Of a stretch of DNA of 64,000 bases, positions 9,047-16,789 are shown one piece after another. Source of the DNA: Vulcanimicrobiales bacterium (GTDB lineage: Bacteria > Vulcanimicrobiota > Vulcanimicrobiia > Vulcanimicrobiales > Vulcanimicrobiaceae); NCBI GenBank assembly GCA_038231455.1, contig JBBRLI010000002.1:96001-160000 (forward strand). The letters run 5' to 3'. How positions within the stretch are numbered: position 1 is the first letter of the stretch; each line of letters begins with the position of its first letter. Made by a program: the position numbers and the translations under genes. Below the pieces are notes generated by a model, which searched no databases, was not told the origin of the DNA, and worked only from the letters and a program-made list of their open reading frames with translations.

Positions 9047-9771
9047 TCGATATCTTCGGCGACGCGCGTATGGCGCTCGTGCAGCGCGGTACCGAACTCT
9101 GGAGCGCACTTTTCGTCATCATCATCACGATCGTTGCGGCGCGACTTTCGGGCCGCTTCATTCCGACGTTTTTACCGTCGGCATCGGTGATTCGCAGCGT
9201 CGTTCGGATCGCGATCGTTTCGATCGGACTCCTCATCGCGCTCGGCACGTTCGGCATCTCGATCGCACCCGCGCTGACGGCGCTCGGCGTTGGCGGATTA
9301 GCGGTCGCCCTCGGACTTAAAGATACGCTCTCGAATTTATTCGCCGGGATCGCGCTGCTCGCATCGCGTCAAGTCGTGCCGGGCGATTTCATTCGATTCG
9401 ATGGCGGCGAAGGCTACGTCGTGGATATTTCGTGGCGCATCACGACCGTGCGCGACGCGGCGGGCGCGTACATCTATGTTCCAAACGAAAAACTGGCCCA
9501 GTCGACACTCACGAGCGTCGCGCGAGGCGGCGAACAGCTCAGCGTCCCCTTCGCAATTCCGCAAGCGACCGATTTACCGGTGTTTCTTGCGGCGGTGCGC
9601 GAGCGGCTCGTGCCCGCAGTCGCGCGCGCGATTTATCTTGTCGGCATGAATGAGGCGCAGTCGGCCTTTTCGCTCGTCATCGAATTGCCGCAGGGCGTCG
9701 ATGCGTTTGCGGCCCGCGCTCGTGCGCTCGAAGAGATCGCGGCGGTCGCACTTCCCAAACGCGCGCCGTAA
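9043..9771 (+). CDS. mscS: small-conductance mechanosensitive channel family protein
   Basis: Three TM helices, LGVGGLAVALGLKDTLSNLFAG, GD.I...G.V..I.WR.T, VPN. Confidence 0.85.
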   Translation: MIDIFGDARMALVQRGTELWSALFVIIITIVAARLSGRFIPTFLPSASVIRSVVRIAIVSIGLLIALGTFGISIAPALTALGVGGLAVALGLKDTLSNLFAGIALLASRQVVPGDFIRFDGGEGYVVDISWRITTVRDAAGAYIYVPNEKLAQSTLTSVARGGEQLSVPFAIPQATDLPVFLAAVRERLVPAVARAIYLVGMNEAQSAFSLVIELPQGVDAFAARARALEEIAAVALPKRAP

Positions 9772-9807
9772 ACAAAAAAGACCGGACGGTTCGCACCGTC
9801 CGGTCTT
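9772..9807 (-). terminator. intrinsic terminator between convergent genes
   Basis: 13-bp stem AAGACCGGACGGT-TCGC-ACCGTCCGGTCTT (9778-9807) with a T-tract on the minus strand. Confidence 0.8.
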
Positions 9808-9821
9808 CGCCTTACGAGGTT

Positions 9822-11174
9822 CTACTTGAGATTTTGCGCCGTGTAATCGGCGCGTTTGGGAATCGTCTGACCCGCGAAGATCTTTTCGGCTGCTTCGCTG
9901 TCGGGATTGCTGCACGAGCCGGCTGCGAATTCGCCGCCGACGCTCGATGAGATGATGAAGTATTCGCCCTCGCTCTTGCGCTTATTCTTGGCGACGATTT
10001 CACCGGAATAGGTGTTTTGGATCGCCTGATGGTCGCATTTGCGGAAGTAGCCTTTGTCATGTTTACCGGCGTCATAATGGTAGTTTTCAAACGCGGCGAC
10101 CAGTTTTGAGGCATCGGTCGATCCCGTTGCCGAGATGCGATTGATCAGCGATTCACCGGCCATGTAGCCGAGATACTGGCGCCAGTCGACGTTTTTCGAC
10201 CGTGCTTTGAGGCCTTTGTAGATCGCCGCGGTGCGTGCGCCGCCGGCTTCCGGCCCCCAAACGTAACCCCACTGCGAACCGACGATGTCGTCGACCGGAA
10301 GGCCGACGGCAACGTCGTTCCCGCAGAGAATTCCGCCGAAGAGCATCGTCTTGTTCAGACCGAGTTGCACCGCAGCTTTGACCGCATTTTGCGTATCCGG
10401 CCCGTAGTTGCAGAACACCAGAACGTCGGCGCCCGAATTACGCGCTTTGGTCATGTACGACGAGTAGTCGGTCTGACCGAGTGCGTGTTTGTCCTCGCCC
10501 ATTTCGGCGCCGCCGTGAGCGACAAGGATCTTCTTAAGACGGTCGTGCGCGTCGTTTCCGAACGCGTAGTCGGCGGTGAGGAAATACCACCGTTTGCCAT
10601 GCTTGAGCAGAGCGGGTCCAACCGCGCTTGCGAGCATTGCGTTCGAACAGGTTTGACGGAAGGTCACTTTGTTGGCTTTGGGGCCGGTAATGTTCGTATC
10701 GTGCGTACCGATTGCAAGGTAGAGTATGCCGGTTTCCTCGGCGATCGCACTGACGGCAAGGCCGACGGCCGAACTCAGGCAACCCGTGAGCACATCGACT
10801 TTCTCTTGCGAGATTAAGCGCTTGGCCTCGGTGCTGCCAACGGCCGGCTTACTCGTGTCGTCGCCTTTGATGATCTCGTATTTGATGCGGCTGTTCTTTT
10901 TCATCGCTTCGTCGACGGCCATTTGAAGGCCGAGCTGTTGCGAATCGGATGCGGAGGCATAGACGCCGGAAAAGCCGTCAACGTGACCGATTTTAATGGT
11001 CGCCCCGCCGCCGGCTGCGATCACATCGCGGGCGGGTGAAAGCGGGCGGGCGTCTGCCGCAATCGTTTCGAGGAGCGGAAAACCAAGGAACGCAGCTCCG
11101 GCGACGCCGAGTGCGCCTGTGCGGCGGAGGAATTCTGAGCGTTCGATCGTGGTCTTCGGTGATTGATCGGCCAT
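9822..11174 (-). CDS. ABC-type substrate-binding protein, branched-chain amino acid/amide (LivJ-like) family, Tat-type signal
   Basis: ERSEFLRR Tat-like leader; IKIG...SGVYA, DDTSKP, GCLSSAVGLAV, DYAFG motifs. Confidence 0.85.
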   Translation of the reverse strand: MADQSPKTTIERSEFLRRTGALGVAGAAFLGFPLLETIAADARPLSPARDVIAAGGGATIKIGHVDGFSGVYASASDSQQLGLQMAVDEAMKKNSRIKYEIIKGDDTSKPAVGSTEAKRLISQEKVDVLTGCLSSAVGLAVSAIAEETGILYLAIGTHDTNITGPKANKVTFRQTCSNAMLASAVGPALLKHGKRWYFLTADYAFGNDAHDRLKKILVAHGGAEMGEDKHALGQTDYSSYMTKARNSGADVLVFCNYGPDTQNAVKAAVQLGLNKTMLFGGILCGNDVAVGLPVDDIVGSQWGYVWGPEAGGARTAAIYKGLKARSKNVDWRQYLGYMAGESLINRISATGSTDASKLVAAFENYHYDAGKHDKGYFRKCDHQAIQNTYSGEIVAKNKRKSEGEYFIISSSVGGEFAAGSCSNPDSEAAEKIFAGQTIPKRADYTAQNLK

Positions 11175-11401
11175 GCGGTCTCCTTAAGATGGCAAGACGA
11201 AAAGCAGCGGCGCACCCACCCTGCGGTATGAAAGAACTTTTCTTCATCCGGTACGGTTTGCCTGGAGCAATTGACGCGTTCCACGATTCACCCGCGTCCG
11301 AGGGCACGCTCGAGTGCTAGGCGACCAGCTAGAAGTCGTATAACTGGACGCCGATAAGATCTAAAGACGGTCGCATCGGCCGTTTCCCGAGCTTCAAGAG
11401 G

Positions 11402-12268
11402 ATGAACGTTTTGCGACATCCGGCATTCCGTGCACTCATCAGTGCACTCATCTTTTCGTCGTTGCTTTGCGGCACGATGACTTCGGCGCGTGCGGCAAGT
11501 GCCATCCACGGCCGCGTCGTGTGTCTCGAAACCGGACGTCCGCTCGCCCACGCGATCGTCGCGTTCAGCGAGATGGTGATTCCGGGAACGTCGATCCCCG
11601 CCGGAACGACCGTGACGGAAACTGCCGATGATGGGACATTCACCTTACCGCGCGCGGCGGGCTCGCATCTTGCGATCTTTGCAAACGACGGTCACGCGGT
11701 GATGCACAAACGAGTGATGCTCTCCGAGAGTACAACGATGCTCGGCGACTTAGCGCTCGCGATGCCGACGGCAAGCGAACGGGCGTGGCTTACTTTAGTG
11801 AATGCCGACCGTGCGAAATACGGCGCCGCACCGCTGCTTTTCGATGCCGCTGCCCTGGTTGCCGCACGCGGCTATGCAAATGCAATGGCCGGCAACGGCC
11901 AATACGCACACGATGGCAAAGACGGTTCGACGCACGTCTCGCGTTACGAAGCCGCCGGCGGCGTTCCGCCGCGTCGTCTTGGCGAGAACATCGATACGCT
12001 CGCGACCGACTACTCGGCGCTTCCCGCGACGTGGCAAAACGCCGAGGCGCGCTTCATGGCCGAGAGCAAAAACTGCACGGCGCGCGCGAGCTGCCAATAC
12101 GTCGATGACCCGACCGGCGCGCGAACGACGGGCCATTTCCTCAACCTCACCGATCCCGCTTATGTGTGGGTGGGCTTAGGTATTGCCAAAGGCCGCAATC
12201 CCGCGAATATGCCGAGCGCACCGGCGCAATACGCGTACTTCGATCAGGAGTTCGTCGCCCCGCAATAG
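11402..12268 (+). CDS. secreted CAP (SCP-like) domain protein with N-terminal carboxypeptidase-regulatory-like domain
   Basis: Signal peptide; GRV...TG.PL...T..DG.F; LVNADRAKYGAAPL, AHDG, GENI, GHFLNL, VGLG CAP motifs. Confidence 0.8.
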   Translation: MNVLRHPAFRALISALIFSSLLCGTMTSARAASAIHGRVVCLETGRPLAHAIVAFSEMVIPGTSIPAGTTVTETADDGTFTLPRAAGSHLAIFANDGHAVMHKRVMLSESTTMLGDLALAMPTASERAWLTLVNADRAKYGAAPLLFDAAALVAARGYANAMAGNGQYAHDGKDGSTHVSRYEAAGGVPPRRLGENIDTLATDYSALPATWQNAEARFMAESKNCTARASCQYVDDPTGARTTGHFLNLTDPAYVWVGLGIAKGRNPANMPSAPAQYAYFDQEFVAPQ

Positions 12269-12304
12269 CGGACCGATTCGACGCCGGCGCCGAAGAGTGG
12301 CCCG

Positions 12305-13285
12305 ATGGTCGAAGAACGCAGTGAACCGAAAGTCGTCCTCTTGGTCCGCCTGCTAAGCGCGATCGATGAAGGCGTGTACGCGTTCGAAGAACTCAAAGTG
12401 CGTATCGCCGACGGAAAACCACCCTCGACGCGCAGCCTGCGCCGGTATCTTGCGGTACTCGCCGACGCCGGTTTTCCGTGGTATTTCGACCGCGCCGCGG
12501 GCACCTATCGTTTTTCAGACGGCTACAGCCTCAAGCGCCTGAACTTAAGCCAGCGCGAACTCTTCGGCCTCGTCACGCTCAAGCGACTAGGAACCTCGCT
12601 CGGCGGCACACTCGCAACCTACATCGACGAGGCGACGACCAAACTTCTGGGGTCGAGCGACCGCCGGACGAACGCCGGAATCGAATCCACGCCGTCCTTC
12701 ACGATCCGTCTCGATGAAGTCGCGCTCGATGCGACCGTCGAGCGCGTATTCGACACGCTGCAAACCGCCGAGCGGGCGCGCCGCCGCGTCAGTTTCGCCT
12801 ACGTCGACAAACGCGGCACGGCGAGCGACCGCCGCGTCGATCCATACGGATTTATCGTTTCATCCGGCCGCATCTACATGGTCGGCTACGACCACGGACG
12901 GAGCGACATGCGCGTCTTTGCCGTCGACAACATCAGCGACCCAAAAGTGCTTCCGGCAACCTACGAGAAACCGGCCGACTTCAACCTCGATGCCTTCGGC
13001 GTGAATTCCGTCAGCGGCGTGATCCAAACGGAATCCCTCGAGTCGATCACCGTCGCGTTTTCCGCAATCGTCGCAAAGGCCGCCGCAGCCTCCAACGTCG
13101 CGCGCGAACGCGAGGTCGTTCGACGCGCAGACGGATCGGTTGAGATCACGTACCGCGTCGGCGATCCACTCGAGATCGTGCGCTGGTCGATGGGCTGGGG
13201 AGCCGAAGCCGAAGTCGTCGCGCCCGCAAGCGCGCGAGACGCCGCACGCGAAATCGCGCAGCGTCTCGCCGCGCGTTACGGTTAG
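12305..13285 (+). CDS. HTH-WYL-WCX transcriptional regulator
   Basis: N-terminal wHTH (STRSLRRYL), RRVDPYG...IYMVGYD...RVFAVDNI WYL core, WG.EAEVVAP..AR C-terminal WCX. Confidence 0.88.
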   Translation: MVEERSEPKVVLLVRLLSAIDEGVYAFEELKVRIADGKPPSTRSLRRYLAVLADAGFPWYFDRAAGTYRFSDGYSLKRLNLSQRELFGLVTLKRLGTSLGGTLATYIDEATTKLLGSSDRRTNAGIESTPSFTIRLDEVALDATVERVFDTLQTAERARRRVSFAYVDKRGTASDRRVDPYGFIVSSGRIYMVGYDHGRSDMRVFAVDNISDPKVLPATYEKPADFNLDAFGVNSVSGVIQTESLESITVAFSAIVAKAAAASNVAREREVVRRADGSVEITYRVGDPLEIVRWSMGWGAEAEVVAPASARDAAREIAQRLAARYG

Positions 13286-13551
13286 TCCCCACCCCACTGC
13301 CGCGCTTCGGGCGGAGCATAGTGCGCCTCGATGTCGTCCGGCGCGACGTCGCGTCCGATCGTCGATTTGATGATCGCAGCAATGTCCGCATCCGATTTCC
13401 CCGCCTCCCGGAACTGCTCGATCTCATCGCTGATCATCCCGACGAACGCAGGCAACGGAAAGCGTTCCGCATCCATGCCGAGGGAGCGACGAAGCTCCCG
13501 CTGAACGGCGACAGCCTCTTGAGCGGAAAAGGTCGAAGACTCTTCATGCAT
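13282..13551 (-). CDS. small hypothetical protein
   Basis: 89-aa ORF with a GGAG RBS, divergent from marR and overlapping the WYL stop. No family recognised. Confidence 0.65.
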   Translation of the reverse strand: MHEESSTFSAQEAVAVQRELRRSLGMDAERFPLPAFVGMISDEIEQFREAGKSDADIAAIIKSTIGRDVAPDDIEAHYAPPEARQWGGD

Positions 13552-13598
13552 CGTGATTTCTCCCAAACAGCGCGGCCGAGCGGGCCGTTAGCTGCATA

Positions 13599-14084
13599 AT
13601 GCAGGTTTCAGTGGAGGACGTCGTTCAGCAAGAAGCGCGGGCGTTCCTTGCGGCCTGGTTCGACACGCGCCGCATCATACAAACGTTCAATTTCAACCGC
13701 TTCCAACAAGAAGGCTTGAGCGCCACCCAGTTCATTCTCCTCAACATGATCGGTGAACAAAAAACCGGTGCAACGGCCGCCGACCTCGCGCGCCGCCTCA
13801 ACGTCGACGTCACGACAACGATGCGCACCGCCGAGAGCCTCGCAACGCGCGGGCTACTACGCAAAGCAAAAGACCCAGCCGACCGCCGACGCTCGTTCCT
13901 CACACTCACCGCCAAAGGCCGCAAACTCCACGCCCGAATCCACGAAGCATTCATCGATCAAATCGTAGCCGCATTCGGTGCAATGCCGGCGAGCGCGCGA
14001 ACCGGACTAATCGCGGGCCTGTCTGCGTTCGTGGAAGCCACGAACGCAGCAGACGTTCTCCTTATGAACAAGCGCCAAAGCTAA
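13599..14084 (+). CDS. MarR family transcriptional regulator
   Basis: LSATQFILL...DLARRL...L..RGLL....DPADRR....LT.KG. The start may instead be GTG at 13611. Confidence 0.9.
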   Translation: MQVSVEDVVQQEARAFLAAWFDTRRIIQTFNFNRFQQEGLSATQFILLNMIGEQKTGATAADLARRLNVDVTTTMRTAESLATRGLLRKAKDPADRRRSFLTLTAKGRKLHARIHEAFIDQIVAAFGAMPASARTGLIAGLSAFVEATNAADVLLMNKRQS

Positions 14085-14151
14085 CCACAAAGTCGATCCC
14101 TCCTATTCTCTCAAAGCATTTTTTTGAAAGATCAAAGGCGATTCGTCCCCA

Positions 14152-14189
14152 GAGTTCCGGGTGAGATGGCACCATCTCGCCCGGAACTC
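14152..14189. repeat. near-perfect 18-bp inverted repeat (REP-like hairpin)
   Basis: GAGTTCCGGGTGAGATGG-CA-CCATCTCGCCCGGAACTC with one T-G wobble and no downstream T-tract on either strand. Confidence 0.7.
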
Positions 14190-14207
14190 AAAACCACGAT
14201 CCAAAAG

Positions 14208-14252
14208 CAAAAAAATAGCACAAACGCCCGGTGCGAAGGCACCGGGCGTTTG
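14208..14252 (-). terminator. intrinsic terminator of minus-strand intergenic transcript
   Basis: Perfect 14-bp stem CAAACGCCCGGTGC/GCACCGGGCGTTTG (14221-14252) followed on the minus strand by TGCTATTTTTTT. Confidence 0.85.
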
Positions 14253-14437
14253 AAAGCGCGAGATTCAGAGCTTTTCCCTTTCGAGTCTCCGAAGCGTTTC
14301 TGCGAAGCGTGTACCCCGCAAAACCGGTATCCGTGTCTCGATCGACATCGGCGTCCTTGGCACCACGTTCCTTCGAACTTTCGTTCTCTGGTCGGTGAGC
14401 CGCGAGCCTCGCAACTCGCCCGTCATTGCTGACGTGC
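14210..14437 (-). ncRNA. candidate structured non-coding RNA (about 225 nt)
   Basis: Bounded by a consensus-like promoter and a strong terminator, with several GNRA-capped hairpins. No convincing protein is encoded. Confidence 0.55.
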
Positions 14438-14441
14438 CCCA

Positions 14442-14470
14442 ATAGTAGCAGGCCAAATTTCGGTTTGCAA
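14442..14470 (-). promoter_or_regulatory. sigma70-type promoter with extended -10
   Basis: TTGCAA (14470-14465), 17 nt ending in TGC, TACTAT (14447-14442). Confidence 0.75.
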
Positions 14471-14538
14471 TGCCAAATGCGGGCGTTCCACAAGTCGTCC
14501 ACAAGAAAACGAACTTATTCGCAGAATTCCACAGCCTT

Positions 14539-15045
14539 ATGCACAAATTGACGGCTCTCTTGATGTTCGCACTGCTCGTTTTGGGTGTCCCGGCAAGCGC
14601 CCAAGGGGTTCCACAAGGCGCTCCGGTCGACGGCATTCCCTGTGATACAGCAGAGGGCGCGTTGCTCCACTTCCACCCGCATGTGTCGATCAGCGATCAT
14701 GGCAAGCCGGTCGTTATTCCGGAAGACGTCGGCCGTCCGCTGGCCACGCCGTGTTTATACTGGATCCACACACATACGCCGGACGGAATCGTCCACATTG
14801 AATCGCCCCGGTACCGGACGTTCAAGCTTGGGGAGTTTTTCGATATTTGGGCGCAGCCGCTATCGCGGTCAAACATTGCCGGCGTGAAGGTGCGTAAAGG
14901 TGAGAAAGTGATGGTTTGGGTGGCCGGCCGGTTGTATTCCGGTGATTTACGGAAGATCGAGCTTGCCCAGCACCTGGATATCGACATTGCCGTTGGCCCT
15001 CCGTATATGAAGCCCCGCGCTTTTACGGCCTGGAACGGCAACTGA
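14539..15045 (+). CDS. secreted hypothetical protein with His-rich putative metal site
   Basis: Signal peptide, then HFHPHV...CLYWIHTHTPDGIVHIES...LGEFFDIW. Confidence 0.75.
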   Translation: MHKLTALLMFALLVLGVPASAQGVPQGAPVDGIPCDTAEGALLHFHPHVSISDHGKPVVIPEDVGRPLATPCLYWIHTHTPDGIVHIESPRYRTFKLGEFFDIWAQPLSRSNIAGVKVRKGEKVMVWVAGRLYSGDLRKIELAQHLDIDIAVGPPYMKPRAFTAWNGN

Positions 15046-15135
15046 GCCGACAATAATTGCTGGGCGAGCCCTTCCTTCCTTGAACAGTCGGTCGGGTAGG
15101 GGTGCGTAGAATCTTGTACTGAACCGTACCAGACG

Positions 15136-15987
15136 ATGTCGACGACAAACGCTACGCGCCAAATTTTTACCCTGCTTCAGGACCAGCGCGAGCGTATTTT
15201 TCCGCGCTGGATCGAAGCGGTCGGGGCGCGTTCGCGCGGGCGTCGCAGTTCGGCGGAAACGCAGGTCGAACTCCGGCCGATCTTCGACGCGCTCGTGGCG
15301 GGCGTGTCGGGCGGCGGCGTCAACGTCGACAATCCGGCATATGATGAGTTGCGCGCGATTCTTGCGGAATATTCGCGGGCACGCGCCCGTCAGGGTTTTA
15401 CGCCTTCGGAGACGGCGTTTGCCATCTTCGCACTTCGCGAAGCCGCACTCGATACGATTCATGACGCGAGCGGCAGCCTCGACTATGCGGACACCGCGGC
15501 GTTCTCGAAACTCGTCGATGGTCTGGGACTCATCACGTTCGAAGCCTTCGCGCTTGCGCGCGAAACGGTCATCGTCAACCAGAACGAACAACTGCTCGAA
15601 CTCTCGACGCCGGTGATCAAGCTTTGGGATGGGATCCTCGCGGTGCCGCTTGTGGGGACGCTCGACTCGGCCCGCACGCAAGTGGTGATGGAGGGTCTTT
15701 TGCAAGCGCTGGTCGACACCGGCAGTTCGCATGCCATCATCGATATCACCGGTGTTCCCGCCGTCGACACGCAAGTCGCGCAGCATTTGCTCAAGACGGT
15801 TGTTGCCGCGCGGCTCATGGGCGCGGAGTGTGTCATTTCGGGGATCCGGCCGCAGATCGCGCAGACGATCGTCGACCTTGGGATCGAATTCGGAGACATT
15901 CCGACCAAAGCCAATCTCGCTGACGCGCTGAAGCTTGCGTTTGCGCGCGCTGGTCTGCACGTGCGTAAGCTGGGCCTGAACGCGTGA
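15136..15987 (+). CDS. rsbR: stressosome scaffold RsbR (N-terminal sensor domain plus STAS)
   Basis: LLELSTPVIKLWDGILAVPLVGTLDSART, IIDITGVPAVDTQVAQHL, GIRPQIAQTIV. Confidence 0.92.
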   Translation: MSTTNATRQIFTLLQDQRERIFPRWIEAVGARSRGRRSSAETQVELRPIFDALVAGVSGGGVNVDNPAYDELRAILAEYSRARARQGFTPSETAFAIFALREAALDTIHDASGSLDYADTAAFSKLVDGLGLITFEAFALARETVIVNQNEQLLELSTPVIKLWDGILAVPLVGTLDSARTQVVMEGLLQALVDTGSSHAIIDITGVPAVDTQVAQHLLKTVVAARLMGAECVISGIRPQIAQTIVDLGIEFGDIPTKANLADALKLAFARAGLHVRKLGLNA

Positions 15988-16385
15988 GCGAGCGTATCCC
16001 GGTCGTCAAAATCGGCCGGGTGCTGATTGCGTCGATTCCAAGCGATCTTGGGGACGATACCGCGCTCCTCTTGCAAGAAGATCTCTCGAAACAAATCGTC
16101 GAGCACGCCGCAAGCGGTGTCATTATCGATATTTCGGCGCTCGATATCGTCGACACGTTCATCGGCCGCATGCTGGCGCGGCTCGCGTCGATTTCGCGCG
16201 TCCTCGATGCGTTGACGATCGTCGTGGGAATGCGACCAGCAGTCGCGATCACCCTGACGGAACTCGGGCTCACGCTTGGCGGTGTGCGCACCGCGATCAA
16301 CAGCGATCGCGCGTTCGAGATTCTGCAATCACTCGACGTCCGGGAAGAAGACGATCTCGCGGATCTCGCCGACCACGTTTCGTGA
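15984..16385 (+). CDS. rsbS: stressosome STAS protein RsbS
   Basis: GVIIDISALDIVDTFIGR...VVGMRPAVAITLTELGL. Confidence 0.92.
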   Translation: MSERIPVVKIGRVLIASIPSDLGDDTALLLQEDLSKQIVEHAASGVIIDISALDIVDTFIGRMLARLASISRVLDALTIVVGMRPAVAITLTELGLTLGGVRTAINSDRAFEILQSLDVREEDDLADLADHVS

Positions 16386-16789
16386 GTGCGGATAGCGACG
16401 GCGAGCGCGTCGATATCTCGACCGACGCGGACGTCGTACGGGTGCGACAGGCCGTCCGCGCGTTTGCGCTGCGGGCCGCGCTCTCGATCGTCGATCAAAC
16501 GAAAATCATCACCGCGGCAAGCGAACTCGCGCGCAACGCCCTTGTCCACGGCGGTGGCGGATTTGCTCGCATCGCCTTAATCGAAGAAAACGGACGCGTC
16601 GGCGTCCGCGCCGCCTTCGAAGATTCTGGCCCGGGAATCGTCGATCTGGAGCGGGCTCTTGTGGGCGGCATCAGCACGGCCGGCGGCCTTGGACTCGGCT
16701 TGTCCGGCAGTCGCCGACTCGTCGATCTCTTTGCGCTTGACTCCGATTCGCGCGGGACGCGCGTCACGGTGACTAAGTGGAAACGCTGA
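16382..16789 (+). CDS. rsbT: Ser/Thr kinase RsbT
   Basis: TAASELARN, DSGPGI, GLGLGLSGSRRLVD, GTRV HATPase boxes. Confidence 0.92.
   Translation: MSADSDGERVDISTDADVVRVRQAVRAFALRAALSIVDQTKIITAASELARNALVHGGGGFARIALIEENGRVGVRAAFEDSGPGIVDLERALVGGISTAGGLGLGLSGSRRLVDLFALDSDSRGTRVTVTKWKR

Noticed and set aside
11230-11275. CAGGCAAACC resembling c-di-GMP-I or glycine riboswitch fragments
   Set aside because: The rest of either consensus (GGGACGCAAAGCC, or GGAGA...CCGAAG) is missing.
11267-11283. sigma54-like TGGAAC...TTGC upstream of the binding-protein gene
   Set aside because: The GG-to-GC spacing is 2 nt longer than the strict -24/-12 requirement.
12305-13285. WYL gene as marker of a defence island or CRISPR locus
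   Set aside because: No cas, restriction-modification, toxin-antitoxin, BREX or CBASS genes and no repeat-spacer array were seen anywhere in the window.
14265-14426. 53-aa ORF (MTGELRGSRL...) inside the ncRNA candidate
   Set aside because: It has no Shine-Dalgarno sequence, its ATG is buried in a GNRA-capped hairpin and no family is recognisable. Not called as a CDS, though not fully excluded.
14210-14440. tmRNA, RNase P or SRP identity for the intergenic RNA
   Set aside because: No tRNA-like T-arm or CCA end, no GAGGAAAGUCC and no SRP GGAA-GCAG domain; too short for tmRNA or RNase P.
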